Assembly (NCBI GenBank): GCA_951812955.1
Contig: OX638340.1
Coordinates: forward strand, 1,056,001-1,120,000
DNA from: an uncultured Gemmatimonadota bacterium
GTDB taxonomy: Bacteria > JAAXHH01
Direction: 5' to 3'
Length of the DNA: 64,000 nt
The position numbers were made by a program, and so were the translations under genes. The notes under the pieces are model-generated. The model was not told the DNA's origin and made no database searches. It saw only the letters and a list, made by a program, of their open reading frames with translations. Positions 18,451 through 26,900 of the stretch are shown here, one piece after another (the stretch's first letter is position 1; each line of letters starts with the position of its first letter).

Positions 18451-19038
18451 ATGATACAGGCTTTCCGCGCGCTGGTCTTCGCGACAACCGTCAGTGTATT
18501 TGCATTGCCGGCGTCCGGCCAGTTCAATTTCAACCTGGGCGGCGAAATAGCCCGCCCCACGTCGGGTCTTGCCAAACTGGTCGAAGAAGACTATGGTTAC
18601 GGCGCCCATGCCGCCCTGACTTACTGGTTGAGTTATCGAGTCCAGTTCGTCTGCTCGGGCGGCTACATCACATACGGTAGCGAAGCGTTCGCCTCCCGCA
18701 CCGAAGTGGAGGACCTGGTAGACCGGAATCTGGACGAAATAGTCGACCGGATCGAAGGCAATTACTCCAGCATACCGGTGACCACCGGGCTGCGATTCTA
18801 CCCTCTGGAACGACTCTTCGTGCAGGGCTCTGCCGGCGTGGTGTACAAGAGAACGCGGCAGAAAGGCGACGCAGCCACGAATTCGGAAGAGGGCTTCGTC
18901 ACTGAAAGAGAACTCATCGTGTCGCCGGGGGTCGGGCTGCTGATCGGCCGTTTCAGCCTGCAGGCGCAGTACAACGTGTCCAAGGACGACTGGAAGTGGT
19001 TGAGCCTGGGGGTGTCGATGATCTTCGGGAAGCTGTAA
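18451..19038 (+). CDS. Small outer-membrane beta-barrel protein (OmpW/OmpA-like porin fold)
   Basis: Signal peptide MIQAFRALVFATTVSVFALPASGQ followed by alternating hydrophobic beta-strand pattern and an aromatic-rich C-terminus. The tool's 18205 start overlaps citrate synthase and is rejected. Confidence 0.45.
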   Translation: MIQAFRALVFATTVSVFALPASGQFNFNLGGEIARPTSGLAKLVEEDYGYGAHAALTYWLSYRVQFVCSGGYITYGSEAFASRTEVEDLVDRNLDEIVDRIEGNYSSIPVTTGLRFYPLERLFVQGSAGVVYKRTRQKGDAATNSEEGFVTERELIVSPGVGLLIGRFSLQAQYNVSKDDWKWLSLGVSMIFGKL

Positions 19039-19146
19039 GGCTTCTGCTGTAAAATGCTTTCAGAATGTCGTCCTTGGAAGAAAACTCTAAACTACGCATT
19101 TGCAGACATCCGATTTTAACAGGCCCCTCCATTTACGGTAATTGCT

Positions 19147-21255
19147 ATGCCAGTCAATAGCGAGCCATCCTTCAACGAAGCACTGGCACGTGTCCTCCGG
19201 TCGAAGAATCCTCGCTGGCGGGACACGCTTGCCGCAGAACAACACCAAACGCTAAAGGGTGGCGGTAGACCTGACGTAATACTGCGGAATCCGCGCGGTT
19301 CGGTGGTTGTCGTCGAGACCGAGTACGTTCCAGCCCGTACGGTTGAGACGGAAGCCAATGATCGCATCGGTCGAGAACTCAGTGATTCAGGCGTGGCTAT
19401 TGAGCAGTGTGTCGCCGTCCGAGTACCTGATTACTTAAAAACGGTCCCTCAGCACGATCTCGACACCCGTACGGCGGTGGCGACCTACGAATTCTGCCTC
19501 TTCAGCGAAACGGACAATGCCGAGGATCCTTTGCGCTGGCCTGCGGATGGTTGGATCACAGGCGCGATCAACGATCTCGCGCTCCTGATCGAAACCGCGT
19601 CGATTTCAGAACGGATCGTCGCCCAAAGCCTGGACATTCTGGAAGATGGGATAAGCGAAACTGCCGTCCAGTTGCGCGAAGCCACTAAGGACAGACCAAA
19701 CGTAAGTTCCCGCATTGCGAAAACGCTCCTGCAAGAAGACGGCGTGCAGACTTCCCGAATGGCTATGGCCATCATCGCAAATGCGCTCACTTTTCAGAGC
19801 ATGCTCGCCGGGGTCTTTCACGTAAAGACGATCGACGATCTACGCCGGAACGGAGTCATCCCAAAGTCGGCGGTCCTGCGAGAATGGAAGCGCATCCTTC
19901 GAATAAACTACTGGCCCATATTCCACATTGCGAGCGAGGTCCTCAGTCCGATTCCGGATGGCATCTCCGCTCGTTTGCTGGAAAAGTTGTCGAATGTGTC
20001 GAGCGAGTTAGAAGCACACGGCATCACCCAGTCACACGACATCTATGGGCGAATGTTCCAGCGGATGATCAGCGACAGGAAGTTCCTCGCGACGTTTTAC
20101 ACCTTGCCCACGTCGGCGACGTTGCTCGCGGAGTTGGCAGTTGAGATGATAGACGTTGAGTGGAGCGATCCTGATGAGGTGACGAAGCTTCGCACCGCAG
20201 ACTTTGCATGCGGTACGGGTACGTTGATCACGGCGCTCTATCAGGCAATGCTGGGTCGCCATCGACGTGCTGGCGGCAACGATGAGGCGATTCACAAGAG
20301 CATGATGGAGACTTCTATCTTCGCGGCCGATATCATGCCGGCGGCTACCCATCTGACCACTTCGATGTTGTCCAGTACCCATCCAACAACCCCTTTCGAG
20401 CAGACCCGTGTCCATCTCTTGCCCTACGGCCAGCAGGAGGACGACGTAGGGGCCATTACCTTCGCGCTGGGCGCGCTTGACCTGATACGAGCGCAGCACG
20501 GTACCGGACTATTCGAGAACACGGGGATCATGGTACAAAGCGGTACAGAAAGCACGCAGGACGTCATTAGAGAAGCAGGTAGATTGACGGACACATTCCT
20601 GCTTCAGCACCACTCGATGGACGTGGTTATCATGAATCCGCCCTTTACTCGCCCGACCAACCACGAAGCGACCGATGTCCCTGTACCTTCTTTTGCCGGC
20701 ATGGGAAATAATGAGGCAGAGCAGGCAGCCATGTCCCAACTTCTGAGAGATATCCGGAGGGAAATTGACGATCCCGCCGGTCACGGAAACGCCGGACTCG
20801 CGTCCAATTTCCTTGACCTCGCTGACGCCAAGATCCGTCCCGGCGGCTTGCTTGCGCTCGTGATGCCACTCAGCCTTCTTCAAGGCAACGCGTGGAAGGC
20901 AAGCCGCGACCTACTGCAGGCAAAGTATGAGAGCGCAGTGGTCGTCAGCCTAGCATCCGTAGTTCGAGACAGTGCGGTATCATTCTCGGCCGATACCGGA
21001 ATGGGAGAGGTGTTGTTGATCGCACGACGCAGAACCGTACCAGACAGTCCAGAGCACACGAAAACTGAAGAGACAGTCGATACGGTTACCTATTCGCGCT
21101 GCGAAAGCCGCCGGCATCGGGAACCGAGGCAACAGGGATCGCATCGGCGATTCGTGACGCGATCCAGCAGGGCACCTCGCGAATCGCCATTGGAAACGCC
21201 CGTTACGGTATTCTCACACGAGGTACCTGGGACGAGGGCCACTGCGCGTCAGTGA
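19147..21255 (+). CDS. Orphan gamma-class N6-adenine DNA methyltransferase-like protein with ~270-aa N-terminal extension; C-terminus probably disrupted or fused to the next ORF
   Basis: HsdM/Eco57I-like motifs: FYTLPTSATLLAEL (motif X), DFACGTGTLITA (motif I, FxGxG), VVIMNPPFTRP (motif IV, NPPF), plus a GGLLALVMP segment downstream. The N-terminus has a PD...ETEY segment. The last ~75 codons are R/S/T-rich and look out of frame. Confidence 0.6.
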   Translation: MPVNSEPSFNEALARVLRSKNPRWRDTLAAEQHQTLKGGGRPDVILRNPRGSVVVVETEYVPARTVETEANDRIGRELSDSGVAIEQCVAVRVPDYLKTVPQHDLDTRTAVATYEFCLFSETDNAEDPLRWPADGWITGAINDLALLIETASISERIVAQSLDILEDGISETAVQLREATKDRPNVSSRIAKTLLQEDGVQTSRMAMAIIANALTFQSMLAGVFHVKTIDDLRRNGVIPKSAVLREWKRILRINYWPIFHIASEVLSPIPDGISARLLEKLSNVSSELEAHGITQSHDIYGRMFQRMISDRKFLATFYTLPTSATLLAELAVEMIDVEWSDPDEVTKLRTADFACGTGTLITALYQAMLGRHRRAGGNDEAIHKSMMETSIFAADIMPAATHLTTSMLSSTHPTTPFEQTRVHLLPYGQQEDDVGAITFALGALDLIRAQHGTGLFENTGIMVQSGTESTQDVIREAGRLTDTFLLQHHSMDVVIMNPPFTRPTNHEATDVPVPSFAGMGNNEAEQAAMSQLLRDIRREIDDPAGHGNAGLASNFLDLADAKIRPGGLLALVMPLSLLQGNAWKASRDLLQAKYESAVVVSLASVVRDSAVSFSADTGMGEVLLIARRRTVPDSPEHTKTEETVDTVTYSRCESRRHREPRQQGSHRRFVTRSSRAPRESPLETPVTVFSHEVPGTRATARQ

Positions 21256-22103
21256 TAAATGCTGAACTCGTAGATACCGTGAGAAACCTGCAAGATAGCA
21301 AACTGAAATTGCCTCGAATGGCTCAAGCGTATTCGGTTCCAACAACGATGCTGGGCGAGTTGGGAAAACGGGGCTTGGTTCACCGAGATATCAATGGGAT
21401 TGAAAGAAAATCCGTTCAAGATCAACAGGAATCAAAACGGTATTTTCGCGGTCCGTTCGATATCGTACATACGACAGACGAACCGACCTTTCCGGTTCTC
21501 TGGGGACATGCCACTGACCGCGAACGTTGCATCGTGGTTCAGCCTGACAGTGCAGGAATAATTCGCGAAGACTGTGAAGACGGCGCGCACGATGCCTGGA
21601 GAACGGCGACCAGGCTCCACTTCAGTCTCGACTTTCGCCTCAACTCACAATGCCTCGCCGCGTGCCTTACTCCAACCGAAACACTGGGAGGAAGAGCATG
21701 GCCCAATTTCCAGATGGACAGCCGTAGGAATGAGACTGTTACCGCGCTGTGGGCTAACACAACGCTGGGACTGATACTGTTCTGGTGGGCAGGTACCGTT
21801 CAGCAAGCAGGACGAGCCAACCTTACCATCAGCAGGTTGCCCGAACTGCTCACGCTGGATGCGCGTACGCTGACAGACGCGCAGCACAAGCAGGTAGATC
21901 TGATCTTCAAAGAGTTTGAGAAACGCCCACTGTTGCCAGGAAACGAGGCGTATCGGGACGCGAGCCGACAGGCGCTGGATGAGGCCGTGCTCATTGGCCT
22001 CATTGGACTGCCTGAATCAATTCTCGATCCTCTCGCGGTGCTTCGCCGGCAGTGGTGCAGTGAGCCGACCGTGCATGGTGGGAAAAGTACGCGACCCAAT
22101 TGA
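21252..22103 (+). CDS. Hypothetical protein (283 aa); possibly the displaced C-terminal domain of the upstream methyltransferase
   Basis: GTG start overlaps the MTase stop. Its reading frame is open upstream to 21069, inside the MTase gene. No recognisable motifs. Confidence 0.35.
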   Translation: MINAELVDTVRNLQDSKLKLPRMAQAYSVPTTMLGELGKRGLVHRDINGIERKSVQDQQESKRYFRGPFDIVHTTDEPTFPVLWGHATDRERCIVVQPDSAGIIREDCEDGAHDAWRTATRLHFSLDFRLNSQCLAACLTPTETLGGRAWPNFQMDSRRNETVTALWANTTLGLILFWWAGTVQQAGRANLTISRLPELLTLDARTLTDAQHKQVDLIFKEFEKRPLLPGNEAYRDASRQALDEAVLIGLIGLPESILDPLAVLRRQWCSEPTVHGGKSTRPN

Positions 22104-22167
22104 ATAGTTTTACGATAGTACTCAAACCCCAAAATGCAGTTGGCTTCCATATAGCACCGCATTCTAA

Positions 22168-24870
22168 TTGATCATGAATTGCGATGGTAATATGAGTTCA
22201 TCTAAAATCAGACCTGCTGAAAAACCGCTCGCAATGTTTGTAAGTAGTGTGATGGATGATGACCTTCAACCATATCGAGATACAGCAGAATCCCTGATCA
22301 ATTCCAGGTTCCTCACGTCTTGGGTTTTCGAATACACCCCCGCGAGTTCTGAATCATTAGACGAGTCCTATTTACGACACGTAAGAAATGCGGATTTCGT
22401 AATATGGATAGGTGGTGAAAAAACATCGAATCCTGTGAAGCGGGAGGTAAATGAAGCAATCATTCATCAAAAACGCCTGTTGGTTTTTCTACTACCTGCT
22501 AACACTAGAAATGCTGGTACTGAGGAGATAATTGAGACTATCAGTTCAAACAAAGGTCCAAAGTGGTGTAAACTGGACGATCGAAATATCGAAACATTTG
22601 AGGAAGCACTTGACTATACGATACAGGACGAATTTGCTCGGGCGATTAGAAATGATCATAGTTGGCAACGAATCGGCACATTGGAACGACTAAACCGCGA
22701 CTCTCGAGCAAGGTCTTTGTCCAGATTCATGGCATCCGGCCTTTCACGAAATCAAGCAAATCGTATGTTTAAGAAGGTTTCCGATCTTCCTGTCTTAGCA
22801 TCGCCTGAGTTACCGAAAGAAGGCGAGGTGAGTTTACTTGTTGGGACGCTGGGATCCGGAAAGTCATTCACGGCTGAAAAAGTGTATCAGGAGGTCCTTG
22901 ATCAATCTAGATCTCCGTTGGCTCCTGTACCTTTCTACATAACTGCACGTCATGTTAGAAATGGTTTGGATTCTTACATCAAACAACTCAATCCTGAGTT
23001 AGGTGACGTCACTTCAATTGGCGCCTCCATAGTAATTGATCAAATTGACGATCTTCCCAATTCCGATTCACGCCGACTGTATGAAGAAGCGCTTGCTCTC
23101 ACGTTATCGTGGCCCAAGACGAGGGTTCTACTCGTTAGTCGTCCTCAGCCGTGGAGCCGAGACTGTGTTGCTACTACACATGTAAGGGAGATGTCGTTAG
23201 AGGAAGTTGAAACTGTGGTAGAACTCGTGTCGGATTCAATTCGTTCCCAGCTTCTTTGGATAATGCCTCATGCTTTACGTCGATCCGTTCAACGCCCTCT
23301 TTTCGCGATCCTGCTTGCCAAGTATCTCGAATCTAATGAAGATCAAGTTCCAATTTCTATGGCTAAGTTACTCGACCGGATGGTACGCGAAGCTGTCGAG
23401 AACGCTGGCACTGAAAGCAATCAGTCGATAGAAAAGATGCTGAGGTCTTTGGCTGTAAAACTGACAGACGGCCATGCCGATGTGAAACTGACGGATCTTA
23501 CTATACCAATATCCGATAGAAACAGACTCTTAAATACACATTTGGTATATGAGGAATCTGAACGTCTGGATTTTGCCTTGCCTATCTTGCGGCAATGGTT
23601 CGCATTTGATGCCATATGTCAAAAAGAAGTAGATATCGTAGAATTATCACTTGATGCGGGACGACTCGATAAGTGGGAAGATGTATTAACCACTGCAGTT
23701 GAACTCGCCACTAATCAGATTGATGACATAGTAGAACCCATTGTCGTCAATAACCCATCTGTAGCGTCAGTCATTCTCGACAGTGCATTCGGCCATCTGT
23801 GGTATAGTAGTCCTGATTCTGATCTATCTGCCGACACGTTCGGGAAACATATTCGAAGGGCAATGACGGCATTTGCCAAAGGCATAGGCCCTCTAAGTGG
23901 GCTAATTGCTCCTGTGAATGAACAAGGAGAAGTAAAACCGCTCGGTGTAGCCAAATTGAACGAAGGCTATTACAAGACGAGTTGGTATGAGGGATCATCT
24001 GACATAGAAAACGTAGTCGGGGTTTCTTCGGAAGATGATTTGGCGATTTCTGATTGGCCCCACATTTTCTCGCGAACAAGGATAGACTCACCTGCGTGGG
24101 CTTGGCTGGATGTCAAGCACCAGTTGAGGGAGCGTTTGGAAAAACTACTAAATTGTTACGGTTTTCCTATTCGAAATACCTTCTTCTTGCATGAATCAGC
24201 TTGGGAATTAGCATCCTCGGCATTGAACCGACATTCGCAGTTAGAACCCCAAGTCTCTAGTGATGAAATGAATGACGTGCTCCGATGGATCCAGAAAAGA
24301 CCTTCGACCATGCTTCGACAATTTAGTCCAGAGACCGTAGTGTTAGCAGCAACGTACCTACAAGGACTCATTGACAAAAACAGGCCACTCCGAGCACCGT
24401 GGCCTGGGCCTGATCAGGCTTTGTCTAGTAGTAAGTGGGTGTGGGAACTGTATTCTCCTGAGAGGCTTCGCAAAAGGCTTCAACGCGTCTTAAGTGCATC
24501 TTTAGAAATGTATCAGGAAATCGTATCCAAATGGTTTATCACTATGTCCAACAGATTCGAGTTATTTTCACTAAATCCAGTACGTCTTGTTGGTTACTTA
24601 TACGTGCCTGAAGGAAAAACTTCCGACTTGAGAAGTGAACCATCCGTAACGTTCTATTTTGAACCGATTCGGGGACATGTGTCGTCAAGTGTGGATATCT
24701 TTCTCGGTTCAATTCCGTTAGCAGAATTAGAGTCAACTGTACTTAAAGTCAATCCAAATGCTATCACAATATGTACGTCTATGGTTGTCAGTATTTTCGG
24801 CAGACGTCCAGCAACTGATCAGGCTTACGATTGGCTGAAAGACGGTTTACGTTCCGCCAAGTGGGACTAA
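22168..24870 (+). CDS. DUF4062-domain STAND (NACHT-like) P-loop NTPase, candidate antiphage sensor/effector
   Basis: N-terminus MFVSSVMDDDLQPY...FEYTPASSESLDESYLRHVRNADFVIWIGGEK matches the DUF4062 signature (VFISS...DL...CD.YVLIIGGRYG). Walker A is LLVGTLGSGKSF, Walker B is SIVIDQIDDL, and sensor-1 is TRVLLVSRPQ. A ~550-aa C-terminal region has no assignable repeats. Locally AT-rich. The likely true start is ATG 22234. Confidence 0.7.
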   Translation: MIMNCDGNMSSSKIRPAEKPLAMFVSSVMDDDLQPYRDTAESLINSRFLTSWVFEYTPASSESLDESYLRHVRNADFVIWIGGEKTSNPVKREVNEAIIHQKRLLVFLLPANTRNAGTEEIIETISSNKGPKWCKLDDRNIETFEEALDYTIQDEFARAIRNDHSWQRIGTLERLNRDSRARSLSRFMASGLSRNQANRMFKKVSDLPVLASPELPKEGEVSLLVGTLGSGKSFTAEKVYQEVLDQSRSPLAPVPFYITARHVRNGLDSYIKQLNPELGDVTSIGASIVIDQIDDLPNSDSRRLYEEALALTLSWPKTRVLLVSRPQPWSRDCVATTHVREMSLEEVETVVELVSDSIRSQLLWIMPHALRRSVQRPLFAILLAKYLESNEDQVPISMAKLLDRMVREAVENAGTESNQSIEKMLRSLAVKLTDGHADVKLTDLTIPISDRNRLLNTHLVYEESERLDFALPILRQWFAFDAICQKEVDIVELSLDAGRLDKWEDVLTTAVELATNQIDDIVEPIVVNNPSVASVILDSAFGHLWYSSPDSDLSADTFGKHIRRAMTAFAKGIGPLSGLIAPVNEQGEVKPLGVAKLNEGYYKTSWYEGSSDIENVVGVSSEDDLAISDWPHIFSRTRIDSPAWAWLDVKHQLRERLEKLLNCYGFPIRNTFFLHESAWELASSALNRHSQLEPQVSSDEMNDVLRWIQKRPSTMLRQFSPETVVLAATYLQGLIDKNRPLRAPWPGPDQALSSSKWVWELYSPERLRKRLQRVLSASLEMYQEIVSKWFITMSNRFELFSLNPVRLVGYLYVPEGKTSDLRSEPSVTFYFEPIRGHVSSSVDIFLGSIPLAELESTVLKVNPNAITICTSMVVSIFGRRPATDQAYDWLKDGLRSAKWD

Positions 24871-24898
24871 TTCATTCAGTTTCAGATACCTTTGATTC

Positions 24899-25900
24899 AT
24901 GGCTTACGAATCCCGTATGACCGAATTCAGGAAAGCGAGAGACCGCGGTGCCAAATACCTGCTTCGCCAGGTACACGCGGACGGCAGTTTCGGCAATCCC
25001 GTTCTCGGCGTAACCGAATACTACAAGGCGCCGGCCGCGTTTCTCGTGTGTGGACTGTCCCATGCCGCGAATCGACAGCTAAACTGGATCAGGCACAACG
25101 GCTTCCTGCCGAACGGTGATTTCGGTCCAAGACCCGCCAGCGAACGCAACAGTTACTATTACACCTACCACAATGCCTGGGTGATCAAGGCGGCCCACCG
25201 CATGGGCGCTTTCGACCTCGCCCGGCGCGGCATGGACTTCCTCCTCGGATTCCGCGACCCGGCCAGCGGCGGTTTCTACTCCCACCCGATGGCGCGCGAC
25301 GATACGACCGAGCAGGACCTGTGGGTCGTGAGCGGCATAGGCTGGTGCGCCGTTTACACCGGAAAGCTGGACGTGGCCAGGGGCATCGGCCGCTGGATGC
25401 GTCGCCTGATGGAGGATCAGCCCGATTACCCCAGTGCGTTGTGGACGGTCTACAGCCGCGACCGCGGACTGATCACCGAGGTGCTGGACGGCGACGATTT
25501 CAGGTACGTGCTGACTCGGGACGAGTCGCGCGACCAATCCTTCTACCACCCAGGCATCGCGGCTGGCTTCCTGTGCCGCCTCTACATGGCCACGGGCGAG
25601 GAGGAATGGCTGGATCTCGCGAGGGAGTACATGCGGTTCTGCGAAAACGTGGGGGACTATCACTTCAAGTTGCTGCGCGCGGGCAAGGTCGGTTGGGCTG
25701 GCGCGATGCTCTACACGCTCACGGGGGAAGTAAAGTACCGCGACATGGCGGTCAGGGTAGGAAACAACCTGGTCCAGGCCCAGTTGGCAAACGGCGCATG
25801 GGCCTGGCCGGAGATGGGGCTGACCGGACCGCACAACGACATCACGGCCGAAATGGTCGTATGGCTCGACGAGATCCACCAGGCGGTTGGCGACGGCTAG
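24899..25900 (+). CDS. Alpha/alpha-toroid protein with prenyltransferase/squalene-cyclase-type repeats
   Basis: Repeated Q..DGSFG / ASGGFYSHP / LANGAWAWPE motifs are typical of terpenoid cyclase/protein prenyltransferase repeats. Confidence 0.4.
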   Translation: MAYESRMTEFRKARDRGAKYLLRQVHADGSFGNPVLGVTEYYKAPAAFLVCGLSHAANRQLNWIRHNGFLPNGDFGPRPASERNSYYYTYHNAWVIKAAHRMGAFDLARRGMDFLLGFRDPASGGFYSHPMARDDTTEQDLWVVSGIGWCAVYTGKLDVARGIGRWMRRLMEDQPDYPSALWTVYSRDRGLITEVLDGDDFRYVLTRDESRDQSFYHPGIAAGFLCRLYMATGEEEWLDLAREYMRFCENVGDYHFKLLRAGKVGWAGAMLYTLTGEVKYRDMAVRVGNNLVQAQLANGAWAWPEMGLTGPHNDITAEMVVWLDEIHQAVGDG

Positions 25901-26661
25901 GCCGCGTTACCTGGATGCTCCCGAACGACCACGGCCCTGGCGTGCCGGTCCTCCACCGATAAACGGCGGGCAACGCCCGCCCTGAGCAGCGCGATATCCC
26001 CCGGTTCGAGCGAAAAGTCCCGTCCATCCAGTGCTAGTCGCACGACCCCGTTCAGTACCATCCAGTGCTCTTGCCGGTCCGTTGCGGTATCTCCAAGGTT
26101 ATTCAACTCATCGTATCCCTGCAACCGCCATTCGGAGATGGGACACCTCGGACCGGGATCTGAAATGGGGCCGGTATTCATGTTGCCGGGAACGACGAAT
26201 CCGGGCACGGTTGGCTCGGGCGGGCCATATTCTTCTACGGTCAGGTGAAGCGGTCGCTGTGCTCTTTCCAGCCGCGTCACGATGGCGTTGTTCTCGTAGG
26301 GCGTGAACATCTGGAACTGGTGCACGCACCCCATGGGCGTATAGACCAGGGTATTGGGCGTGATTTCGTATCGGACGCCGTCCAGCCGGACCTCCCCGTA
26401 GCCCGTTGTGAACAGCCAGATTTCGTCGTTGTCGTGGTAGTGGGGCTCGACACCGGTCCCGGCTCCGCCGTCCGGAAAGTGCCGGTAGCAGTTCAGGGCG
26501 GTCCATTCCGGGAACACGCCCTGTTCCCAGTAAGTCTGGTTCGAGTTGAGCGAACGTATCATGTATCGGGGGGCGTCTATGACCATGCTGCCTCGACTTT
26601 CGACGGGTTGAAGCCACCAAACTTCCGAATGTCTGCGATTCATCAGGCGATCAGGCGACAT
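25897..26661 (-). CDS. Bicupin (two cupin domains) protein
   Basis: Two cupin cores: HYHDNDEIWLFTTGYGEVRLDG and HWMVLNGVVRLALDG. Confidence 0.6.
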   Translation of the reverse strand: MSPDRLMNRRHSEVWWLQPVESRGSMVIDAPRYMIRSLNSNQTYWEQGVFPEWTALNCYRHFPDGGAGTGVEPHYHDNDEIWLFTTGYGEVRLDGVRYEITPNTLVYTPMGCVHQFQMFTPYENNAIVTRLERAQRPLHLTVEEYGPPEPTVPGFVVPGNMNTGPISDPGPRCPISEWRLQGYDELNNLGDTATDRQEHWMVLNGVVRLALDGRDFSLEPGDIALLRAGVARRLSVEDRHARAVVVREHPGNAA

Positions 26662-26900
26662 CGCCTGTCTGCTCGAGATCGTAACCAGACTAATGAAGAC
26701 TGCGCCTTGAATTTACCGGTTCAATCTGTGTAAATTACGCCCCATCGTCTGACATATGGCAAGCACAACTTCGCTGATTCAGCGAATGGGTGCTGAAGGG
26801 AATCCGTTTAGCCAGTCCGGACTCACCTTAAAAAAAGTAACTTCAATCACTTGTCTGCCCGCTGCCTTGAATACCGGGCAGCCAACCTGCGAGCGCACCC

